Positions 1 to 8,555 of a stretch of 64,000 bases of DNA are shown piece by piece. Both the position numbers and the translations under genes were made by a program. The DNA comes from Candidatus Poribacteria bacterium (lineage in GTDB: Bacteria > Poribacteria > WGA-4E > WGA-3G). The notes beneath the pieces were generated by a model, which made no database searches, was not told where the DNA came from, and saw nothing but the letters and a program-made list of their open reading frames with translations. The DNA is taken from the NCBI GenBank assembly GCA_964291315.2, contig OZ219753.1:1920001-1984000 (forward strand). The letters are read 5' to 3'. Numbering within the stretch: the stretch's first letter is position 1; every line of letters starts with the position of its first letter.

Positions 1-2
1 CA

Positions 3-1433
3 ATCCGTGCCCTGGGCAACCCGCTTATCCAGACACCCGCCCTCGACCGTCTAGTCCGCGACGGAACAAGTTTTACCTCTGCCTACTGTCCATCTCCCGT
101 GTGTGTCGCATCGCGCTGCAGCTTCCTGCTCGGACAATGGCCACATCAAACCGGATGTACAACCAATTCACCCATGCCTCAGGATCGAACCTCGCTGATG
201 GAATTGCTCAACGAATCAGGCTATCAGACCCACGGTATTGGTAAAATGCATTTCACGCCACAAGGGCGCAAATTGTGGGGATTCGAAACACGCGACTATT
301 CCGAAGAAGGATCCGGACCAGATGACTTTACACAATTCCTACATGAAAACGGCTATGACCATGTCGTCGCACCACACGGAGAACGCAGCGAATACTACTA
401 TATCCCGCAACCTTCGCAACTCCCAGCCCGACTACACCAGACACAGTGGGTAGGCGATAAAACAATCCAATTCCTCTCGCGACGCGATACAAACCGCCCC
501 TTCTTCTGCTGGTCCAGCTTTATCAAACCGCATCCACCCTTTGAATCACCAGTGCCGTGGAACCGACTCTACCGCACCGTCGAAATGCCGCTCCCATTCC
601 TGCCACCCGACTATCAGCATCTGCATACTTACTGGAACCGACATCAAAACCGATATAAGTATCGGGACCAAGGACGAGATATGAATCTCCTGCGCACTAT
701 GCGGGCAGCATACTACGCCGCCATCTCTTTTATTGACTATCAGGTCGGACGAATTCTTGAATATCTCGAATCCACGAAAATCTTAAATAACACGCTGATC
801 GTCTACACATCAGACCACGGCGAATTGCTCGGCGACTACAACTGCTACGGGAAACGCGCCTTCCTTGACGCAGCCGCCCGAATCCCGCTACTCGTCCGAT
901 ATCCAGAACGTTTCCAACCACACACACAGTGCGACACACCGACCAGTCTCGTAGATGTACTGCCTACCTGCCTCGCTGCAGCCGGACTACCCCCGCAAAC
1001 AGAGCAGAGCGGCACAGACCTCGCAGATATCGCCAACGGAAAAGCACAACGCGAAGCTATCATCGGACAACTAGCACAAGAAGCCACCGGACTCTATATG
1101 TTCCTGACAAGCCAATATAAATATATCTATTCCGCTGCAGACCGTCAAGAGTGGCTCTTTAAACGTTCCCCAGGCAGACTCGATGAACGAAACCTCGCCG
1201 GAAATCCAGGATACAGTAGAATTCTCACAGATTACCGAAAACGCCTGATAGAACAATTCCGCAACGAACGTTACGAACGCCCGCTCAACGGCAATACTTG
1301 GCGAGACTTCCCACCACCTGCCGAACCTGAAAACCCCGATGCTGACCAACTGTTTCAAGACGGACGTTCCGTGAGCGATCAGTTCCCTCAAGGCTATTCC
1401 CCCAACATTGACACACTTAGACCGCAGTCTTAA
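3..1433 (+). CDS. Sulfatase (choline-sulfatase-like), 5'-truncated by the window edge
   Basis: Frame is open from base 3 (IRALGNPLIQTPALDRL...SPVCVASR). Has the formylglycine CxxSR motif, GKMH, and TSDHGE. Confidence 0.9.
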   Translation: MRALGNPLIQTPALDRLVRDGTSFTSAYCPSPVCVASRCSFLLGQWPHQTGCTTNSPMPQDRTSLMELLNESGYQTHGIGKMHFTPQGRKLWGFETRDYSEEGSGPDDFTQFLHENGYDHVVAPHGERSEYYYIPQPSQLPARLHQTQWVGDKTIQFLSRRDTNRPFFCWSSFIKPHPPFESPVPWNRLYRTVEMPLPFLPPDYQHLHTYWNRHQNRYKYRDQGRDMNLLRTMRAAYYAAISFIDYQVGRILEYLESTKILNNTLIVYTSDHGELLGDYNCYGKRAFLDAAARIPLLVRYPERFQPHTQCDTPTSLVDVLPTCLAAAGLPPQTEQSGTDLADIANGKAQREAIIGQLAQEATGLYMFLTSQYKYIYSAADRQEWLFKRSPGRLDERNLAGNPGYSRILTDYRKRLIEQFRNERYERPLNGNTWRDFPPPAEPENPDADQLFQDGRSVSDQFPQGYSPNIDTLRPQS

Positions 1434-1441
1434 GGTGAATC

Positions 1442-2782
1442 ATGCCAATCCGTGACTCTCTCAAGACATTGCTCTCAAAGACAGCATGGCACGCCTACAA
1501 TACCTACCGCCAAGGCGTAAGGTACAACCACCAACTTTCACAAACAGCAACGTTGTTGAATGGGGCACGCGAAACAATCATGACGTTTCAGGCAGAACGC
1601 CTCAAAAAACTCCTTCGACACGCATACCGGACAACCCCATATTACCGAGACCTGCTTAAAACAGAAACACCAGACATAGCCCAGATCCCACCCCTCGAGA
1701 AACAGCACATCCGCGCGCATCTAGACCGCCTCTGTTCGGAAACCTTCACTGCGAATCAACGAATTAAAAACGCCACCGGCGGCTCAACAGGAACACCCCT
1801 TACCTTCTATCAAGATAGATACTACTGGAATCAACGAAACTTAAGTGTCTACTACTTCGACCAATGGGCAGGCTGGAACTTCGGTGAACCGCAACTAGTC
1901 ATCTGGGGAGCCCCCACAGACCTAAAAAACGACGGACACTGGAAACATCAACTGAGCAAATTCTGGCGAAACCAATATTGGCTCAACGGCTTTCACCTCA
2001 CAGACGAGGCAATGCAAACAACGTTTGACAATATGCACCAATACCGACCACAAACAATCCTCAGCTATCCCTCTTCGCTCTATCAATTCGCTAAATTTCT
2101 CTCCGATAACCACTTGAAGCCGAAGTGGAAATTGAAAGGGATTATCGCTTCAGCCGAGATGCTCCATTCGCATTACCGCGAATTAGCGGAAACTGTTTTT
2201 GAAACGAAGGTCTTCAACCGATACGGCGGAAGAGAAGTCGGATTAATCGCCATGGAATGTACTGCAGGCAGGATGCACCTCAACTGCCGGGACCTCTACG
2301 TTGAAACAGACAGCCACACGCCATATAACGCACCAGGTGATGTGCTGATAACACAGCTCAACAACTACGTGATGCCTTTTATCCGCTACCGAATTGGAGA
2401 TATTGGCGTTCTCTCTGACGAAAGGTGTCCATGTGGCAACGAATCGCCTGTTCTAGCCGACCTACTCGGGCGCTCCACGGCAACATTCCAAACAAAAACC
2501 GGCACGCTGATACACGGCGGTTATTTCACCAAACAGTTCTACCACATCACAGGAGTGAATCAGTTCCAGCTCATTCAAGAAACCCTTCATCGATGCCTCT
2601 TGAAACTGGTTATTAACGAAGCGTGGACACAGGAAACCCGCCGCTATCTCGTCGAGAGTATCCAAAACGTGCTGGGGCCGGATGTTGCTGTCAGTATAAC
2701 GTTTGTGGATGAGATCCCACTTTCCGATTCAGGCAAACGAGAATTCACGATTTCAAAAGTCTATACGGATACGAATCGCTAA
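1442..2782 (+). CDS. Phenylacetate-CoA ligase family / CapK-like adenylate-forming enzyme
   Basis: TGGSTG P-loop, YGGRE, MPFIRYRIGD, and C-terminal SGK lysine motif. Confidence 0.8.
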   Translation: MPIRDSLKTLLSKTAWHAYNTYRQGVRYNHQLSQTATLLNGARETIMTFQAERLKKLLRHAYRTTPYYRDLLKTETPDIAQIPPLEKQHIRAHLDRLCSETFTANQRIKNATGGSTGTPLTFYQDRYYWNQRNLSVYYFDQWAGWNFGEPQLVIWGAPTDLKNDGHWKHQLSKFWRNQYWLNGFHLTDEAMQTTFDNMHQYRPQTILSYPSSLYQFAKFLSDNHLKPKWKLKGIIASAEMLHSHYRELAETVFETKVFNRYGGREVGLIAMECTAGRMHLNCRDLYVETDSHTPYNAPGDVLITQLNNYVMPFIRYRIGDIGVLSDERCPCGNESPVLADLLGRSTATFQTKTGTLIHGGYFTKQFYHITGVNQFQLIQETLHRCLLKLVINEAWTQETRRYLVESIQNVLGPDVAVSITFVDEIPLSDSGKREFTISKVYTDTNR

Positions 2783-5202
2783 ACATCCATCCTGCTACAG
2801 AGCTCCCGAAGCGTCGCGACACGCGCCGTGCCACCCGGCAGATACGCCAAAATCAAGCCATCAATCGGTAGACTACGGTCGGCGACAACCCCCGTGCTCC
2901 GCTCCGCTGTCACACCTTTGGAAAGAAGTAGATAGAAGGTATCCTTCTTCCAACCCGGAGTCGTAAAAAAATTTCCCTGCCCCTTTGAAATAACCACATC
3001 CGCCTCTACCACGGCATTGAAAAACTCAGCCGTTCCATGATACAGATTCGTCCCAATTGTCTTTGCCCCTGACGATAGCAACCGCACCTCTCCATGCTGA
3101 ATAGCCGTCTGAAGCTCCCGAAATTGCGGGTAACCCGCTATTTCATGCAAATCCGCAACCGTTGCATCGTTGCTAGCGTTCTCCGCTTTTCCAACAACCG
3201 TGATACGATGTCCACATGCCAAGAGGTCCTGAATGAACGCAATATCAAAGATCACTTCACCATCGTTATCGACAAGCCAGAGAATCGACTGCGCGGATCC
3301 GTCGATAACCCTCTCCCGGAACACTTCATAACAGTCTATAGCAAAAGGGGCATCCACCGCCGCCCGCAGCACCTCCGAAAAGTAGTCCGGATCCGCCTTT
3401 AACCGCTTCATAACCCGTTCACTGTTGTAATCAACGATATTTCCAGTGATAACCAGTTTGAGACGTTGCACCCAGTCGTCGCCCCAAAACTCCGGGAGCA
3501 GTTCCAGGGCAGTCTGCCTCGCCCTACGTTTATCGTGGTGGTAAGGGTTCGGATTGCCGCTATGAAGCGTTACCATCTCGAAAACGCTTCCCCAAATCTC
3601 TTCAGACGTGAGAGATTCAATCAGATACCCACCGTCGCAGCGGCGCATATCCAATAACGTTCGAACCGCCTCACACATAACCTCCTGGAGCTCCGGTGCG
3701 CGGGCTGCTCGCGGAATCAGCTCTGTAGCACTGTGCGACAGCACATGCTCACGAAGCTTCTCCCAATCCGGGAGTCCCCTCTTTTCACCAAACGTGAAGA
3801 TCCCCGGGATATACCCAGGTGACACAACCTCATCAAAAAGCAGCTTCGGTACCGAGGGCGGGGCTTCCGCCCGCGGTACACCCAGCGTTTTGTCCATCAA
3901 CGTCATACCCGCAGGAATTACAGTGCCGCGCGCCACAACCGACGATAGCTGAACGCTGCCCCCAACGTTTACCGCATCAAATCTAGAATCTTTAATCCAA
4001 CTCGCAGTCGCAAGACCCCGCACCGGGTCCGTGAGCACCTCAGGCAACCGGCTTGCCTCAAAGAGGGTATCGTTTGCAGAAACGTCCTTCAATCCAACCG
4101 ATGTACCTACCCGAGTCGCACCAAGCAGCGTCACATCTTCAAGTCTGCAATAGTCGCCAATCCGCACGTTCTCACCCAGATGCACCCGACCGATGAAATA
4201 GCACGCTGTCCCAATTTCAACGGACTCGCTCCCCAACATTATCTGTGCATCCGGATGAACGCGCATCCCCTTCCGAGCCAGAAACTCCCGCGTTCGTTCA
4301 AAGACAGCTTGCTCCCCCGCTAAAACGTTCGACCAGCGGTTCACGCCCGACAACACTTCGTCACGATAGATAAAAGCGTGCGTTTTCAACCCATCCTCAT
4401 AGCAGTGCCGAATGAGATCCACATGATGACGTTCGTTATTCCGATTCGCATGCGGTTGTAACCGATCTATTCTCTCTAACAAGACATCTTTGCGAATGAG
4501 CGTAATGCCGGTATTGGTATACGCTTCATCGTCGCACCACAGAGTCCACATGTCCTGTTTTTCTCCCACCGTCATATCGTACCACTCTTTAGTCCCGGTG
4601 AGGTTTCCATCCATGTCAAAGAACAGAGCGCCTTTGTCCACAACAGTTTCAGGGACTTTCCCGCATAAAGTGACATCTGCTCTGGAGATAAAGTGGGCGA
4701 GGAGGGTTTGTGCGAAAATCTCTCTCTCTAAAAACGGTTCATCCCCGAACGAGACACCAATCCATTCAGCGTCCGATTCACGGAGGAGCGGAAGCGCTGC
4801 CCGTAACGCCCCACCCGTCCCGTCCATCTTTTCTTGGACACAGAAAACCGCGTTCGAACCTAACAACCGCTCTGCAGATTCGCGACCCTCAATTCTAGCT
4901 GCCATCTCTGGATTGATAACTATAATATCCGGGCGAGTCCCCGGCAGATACCGGCGAGAACGTTGAAGCATATTCTGCTCCCCAAATGTGATGTCCAACG
5001 TCTTACTCAAACGTCCAGTGGGATCGATACGGGTGCCCTTACCCGCCGCCAGCACCACCCACTGAGGCGTAAGCTGATTCTTAAACGCATCTGTCGGAAG
5101 TGAGGAAAGGAAAGTTTCAAGTGTCTCTATATCTGCCTCGATCGCCTCAAGTGTGTCTTCTAATTTGCAACCGAGCAGGTTCTCAAGAAAGTCTGTTTTC
5201 AT
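2779..5202 (-). CDS. GlmU-like nucleotidyltransferase fused to a C-terminal ARMT1/DUF89 metal-dependent phosphatase domain
   Basis: N-terminal VLAAGKGTR and GTGGAL, a hexapeptide-like middle, and C-terminal GNIVDY, DNDGEVIFD, NDAT, ISKGQGNF. Confidence 0.75.
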   Translation of the reverse strand: MKTDFLENLLGCKLEDTLEAIEADIETLETFLSSLPTDAFKNQLTPQWVVLAAGKGTRIDPTGRLSKTLDITFGEQNMLQRSRRYLPGTRPDIIVINPEMAARIEGRESAERLLGSNAVFCVQEKMDGTGGALRAALPLLRESDAEWIGVSFGDEPFLEREIFAQTLLAHFISRADVTLCGKVPETVVDKGALFFDMDGNLTGTKEWYDMTVGEKQDMWTLWCDDEAYTNTGITLIRKDVLLERIDRLQPHANRNNERHHVDLIRHCYEDGLKTHAFIYRDEVLSGVNRWSNVLAGEQAVFERTREFLARKGMRVHPDAQIMLGSESVEIGTACYFIGRVHLGENVRIGDYCRLEDVTLLGATRVGTSVGLKDVSANDTLFEASRLPEVLTDPVRGLATASWIKDSRFDAVNVGGSVQLSSVVARGTVIPAGMTLMDKTLGVPRAEAPPSVPKLLFDEVVSPGYIPGIFTFGEKRGLPDWEKLREHVLSHSATELIPRAARAPELQEVMCEAVRTLLDMRRCDGGYLIESLTSEEIWGSVFEMVTLHSGNPNPYHHDKRRARQTALELLPEFWGDDWVQRLKLVITGNIVDYNSERVMKRLKADPDYFSEVLRAAVDAPFAIDCYEVFRERVIDGSAQSILWLVDNDGEVIFDIAFIQDLLACGHRITVVGKAENASNDATVADLHEIAGYPQFRELQTAIQHGEVRLLSSGAKTIGTNLYHGTAEFFNAVVEADVVISKGQGNFFTTPGWKKDTFYLLLSKGVTAERSTGVVADRSLPIDGLILAYLPGGTARVATLRELCSRMDV

Positions 5203-6669
5203 TCAAGTATTGTTCTCTAATTCTGTCTGGATATTCTGAAATTGAGCCAACGTTGCCTCTAAATTCTCAGTAATCTCTGCTATTAAGACCTCCGGAGCCG
5301 GAAGGTCTACCGCATCTTCAGCCGCATCCTCATTTAACCAGAAAATATCAAGGTTGACATGCTCCCGCTCAATAAGCTCCTGATAACCAAACGCACGAAA
5401 TCGCTCTGTCTCCATACGCGCGCCGCGGTCCTCCGGTCTATAGACAGAGATAAAATCTTGCAAATCCGTCTCTTGCAGCGGATTCGTCTTGAGCGTAAAA
5501 CGTTTATTTGTGCGTAAATCGTAGATCCAAAGCTTCTCTGTCCACGGTTCTTCGCGCGCCGGCCTCTTATCGAAAAAGAGAACGTTGGCTTTGACACCTT
5601 GCGCATAGAAAATGCCGGTCGGCAGACGTAAAAGCGTATGCACATCAAATTGATTGAGCAGCTGATGCCGAATCGTCTCTCCCGCACCCCGCTCAAACAG
5701 CACATTATCCGGCAGCACCACAGCGGCGCGCCCATCTGTTTTCAGGAGAGTCTTGATATGCTGCAGGAAGTTGAACTGCTTATTTGACGTCGTCGCCCAA
5801 AAATCATCACGTTCATAAGTCGACGATGTAACCCGCCGCTTACGCCCCTCAGCACTGATCGAAATGCTGCTCCTATTCCCAAACGGCGGATTGGTCAGCA
5901 CAATGTCATAGCGAGCCCCTGTGTCGCGACTCAGGCTATCCGCAGTCGTTATGGGACTCTCGCTGCCACCAACACCGTGCAAATATAAATTCATCACACA
6001 CAGGCGAACAACATTATCCACGATGTCTGTGCCAGCGAAGGTGTTAAATCTAAGAAATTCTTTCTGCTCACGCGTCATCCTACTGCCATAATTCTCGGAG
6101 ATATAGTCGCGCGCCGCAAGAAAAAAACCACCCGTGCCACACGCAGGATCACAGATAGTCTGCATCGGCACCGGACGCATCACAGCCACCATCGCTTTGA
6201 TGAGCGGGCGCGGCGTAAAATATTGACCCGCCCCGCTCTTCGTATCTTCAGCATTTTTCTGTAGAAGCCCCTCATAAATCGTGCCTTTAATGTCCGCAGT
6301 CAGCCCGCTCCAATTCTCCGCATTGATAAGACCAATAAGCCGCTGCAGACTCGCAGGAGTCTGAATGCGATTCTGCGATTTCCTGAAGATGACACCCAGT
6401 AACCCCGCCGCATTGCTCAATTCGCTTAGAATTTTAACATACTGCGTCTCTAACGCAGCACCGCTCTCCTTGAGCAGGCTCTCCCAATCCAAACCTGCTG
6501 GAATTGTTGAACGCTTATTGAAAGGCGGTTTGGTCTGTTCATCAGCAAGTTTCAAAAATAGGAGATACGTCAACTGTTCAACGTAATCTCCATAACTCAC
6601 CCCATCATCTCGAAGCACGTTACAGAAATTCCAAAGCTTTTGAACAATCGTAGCCGATTCATTTGCCAT
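5203..6669 (-). CDS. hsdM: Type I R-M methyltransferase subunit
   Basis: GQYFTPR, DPACGTGGF (motif I), NPPF (motif IV). Confidence 0.95.
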   Translation of the reverse strand: MANESATIVQKLWNFCNVLRDDGVSYGDYVEQLTYLLFLKLADEQTKPPFNKRSTIPAGLDWESLLKESGAALETQYVKILSELSNAAGLLGVIFRKSQNRIQTPASLQRLIGLINAENWSGLTADIKGTIYEGLLQKNAEDTKSGAGQYFTPRPLIKAMVAVMRPVPMQTICDPACGTGGFFLAARDYISENYGSRMTREQKEFLRFNTFAGTDIVDNVVRLCVMNLYLHGVGGSESPITTADSLSRDTGARYDIVLTNPPFGNRSSISISAEGRKRRVTSSTYERDDFWATTSNKQFNFLQHIKTLLKTDGRAAVVLPDNVLFERGAGETIRHQLLNQFDVHTLLRLPTGIFYAQGVKANVLFFDKRPAREEPWTEKLWIYDLRTNKRFTLKTNPLQETDLQDFISVYRPEDRGARMETERFRAFGYQELIEREHVNLDIFWLNEDAAEDAVDLPAPEVLIAEITENLEATLAQFQNIQTELENNT

Positions 6670-6720
6670 TTTTTGTGATAATTCTCCCTCAGTTGCCGGG
6701 GGCAGTGTGTATAATAATTT

Positions 6721-7044
6721 TCATGATTCAGACGAATCACAATCTGTCAAACCATTTTGATTTTGGTACTCAGCCAGCACAGCGGCTGCAATATAGTCAT
6801 CGTGCCGTTCACCGATATCCGTAACATCAGCTTGCAACGTCCCTGCCAACGCAAGCAACGGATCCGGGTCATCTTCCGACCCCTTAACCACCCGTATCTC
6901 CGGCGGAAATGCGACATCTGACGTAGCCATATCACTCCAGTTAAGCGTCCCCGCAAGTGCAAGGAGCGGATCGGTCTCTACTGTCTGTCCCAGTGCCTCT
7001 TCCCGTTTGACCCTACGCATCTGATCCATTCTATTTTCCCTCAT
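6721..7044 (-). CDS. Small hypothetical protein with a duplicated DPLLALAGTL motif (antitoxin-like)
   Basis: 107-aa ORF co-oriented between hsdS and hsdM; ends ..DIGERHDDYIA.. Confidence 0.55.
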   Translation of the reverse strand: MRENRMDQMRRVKREEALGQTVETDPLLALAGTLNWSDMATSDVAFPPEIRVVKGSEDDPDPLLALAGTLQADVTDIGERHDDYIAAAVLAEYQNQNGLTDCDSSES

Positions 7045-7126
7045 CAGTAGTAACTGTCATCATTCAGTGAACGACTTCCCAATCATACAACTTCATTTTA
7101 ACACAGACATTCAATTCAATGCCATG

Positions 7127-8419
7127 TTAATGTTCTGTCTCCATTCGCGCCAGAATCCGCTCTGCCGGCTCATCTGTCGAATCCTGCGCAACGAGTTCAC
7201 CGGAGAACGCGTGCTGCAAAATAGACCGCCGCAAACGTTCAGCACGCGTCAGCTCTGCCGTGATGGTCGCTTCAACCTCATCAGCAGCTGAAAGGCATCG
7301 CTCAACTTCAGAGAGGATGTGCTCTTGCTCTGCCAGTGACGGAAGTGGAATCTCAACTTTCAACGGAAAATTACGAGAGATACCACCAACAGTAGCTCCT
7401 CGAAAATCTGAAAGGATCTCTTGCTGCCCGTTGCTACTAAAAAGATAATAAAACACGAATTTTGGGAAGGCAATCTCTGAGTCTACCCGCACAATAAACA
7501 GATGCTCATTAACCGCAGCCTCTTCATATGGGAAATCGCTATCAACAAAACTGGTTTTCCCAGTTGTTGCTCCATCTTTCACAACGATAATGTCGTTTGG
7601 GTAAATACGTCCTCTGTTCAGTGATTTAAAAAACGCTGCAGGAATATATCTTATTTTTTCAAAGTTAAAACGGCCATCTGCATTTAAGTGTTCGCCGCCA
7701 AGGCTGGGTATTCCTTCAAGAATTCCACGGACTCCGCCTCGTGGGCGTGAGCCACTTTCAAGCGTGATGCATTCACTCAACTTCATGCTTTGCCAAGCCC
7801 CTGTGTGTGCTTCCCGCCATTCCTTCGTCAACGCTCCTTCGAACGCAGCTTTGAGGATCGACCGCCTATACTGCTGCAGCTGCACTTGCACGTTTTTGAG
7901 GCAGGCAACCGCTGCGTCTAAGTGTGTAAAGAGCACCTCTAGCTTGGATACAATGCGACGCTGCTCCGCCAGCGGTGGAAGCGAAAAAGTGAATTTTCCT
8001 AAAGCGTTCCATGAAGTCCTTGGAAGCGTTATACCTGACGATGTCGACACAGCGTAACGCCTGAAAGACCGACTGTGGAGAAAATAGACCAGAAATCTCG
8101 GGATCACTTTTGAATTAGCAGTCAAAACTAGAATATCGGTGGAGCAAACACCTTCTATCTCAGCAATAACCACTTTATCTAGATACGGCCTCAATCTACC
8201 ATACAAAACATCATTAGGATAAAAACGAGCTTTCACACTTCTTACCTCCGAGGCATCGCCCCAACGTTCCAGATAGCTCACCCCTGAATCAATATGCTTA
8301 AGGCCTACAAAGTTTAAGCGCCCGCTCCTCTCCTCAGGTTGCATGTTCTCACGCCTTAAATTAACTATCTCTTTGAGTTGGACGGTTTCCCAATGATCCG
8401 GCGAAATCCGTTTGTTCAT
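7127..8419 (-). CDS. hsdS: Type I R-M specificity subunit (two TRDs)
   Basis: Repeated LPPLAEQRRIV / LPSLAEQEHIL and SILKAAFEGAL / SILQHAFSGEL conserved regions. Confidence 0.95.
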   Translation of the reverse strand: MNKRISPDHWETVQLKEIVNLRRENMQPEERSGRLNFVGLKHIDSGVSYLERWGDASEVRSVKARFYPNDVLYGRLRPYLDKVVIAEIEGVCSTDILVLTANSKVIPRFLVYFLHSRSFRRYAVSTSSGITLPRTSWNALGKFTFSLPPLAEQRRIVSKLEVLFTHLDAAVACLKNVQVQLQQYRRSILKAAFEGALTKEWREAHTGAWQSMKLSECITLESGSRPRGGVRGILEGIPSLGGEHLNADGRFNFEKIRYIPAAFFKSLNRGRIYPNDIIVVKDGATTGKTSFVDSDFPYEEAAVNEHLFIVRVDSEIAFPKFVFYYLFSSNGQQEILSDFRGATVGGISRNFPLKVEIPLPSLAEQEHILSEVERCLSAADEVEATITAELTRAERLRRSILQHAFSGELVAQDSTDEPAERILARMETEH

Positions 8420-8555
8420 CGTGTTCCGCTCCCGTTCAACCGTATCTGTATCAACATATTTCTTGATGTCTTTTCCCTCTTTTCCACTATTTGCAATTTC
8501 ATTTGCGATTGTGATAATCTCCTCTATACCTACTTTTCTGCCACACAGAGAGAAA

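Noticed and set aside
7127-8419. Phase-variable (invertible) hsdS
   Set aside because: Only one hsdS, with no silent TRD copies, inverted repeats or recombinase seen.
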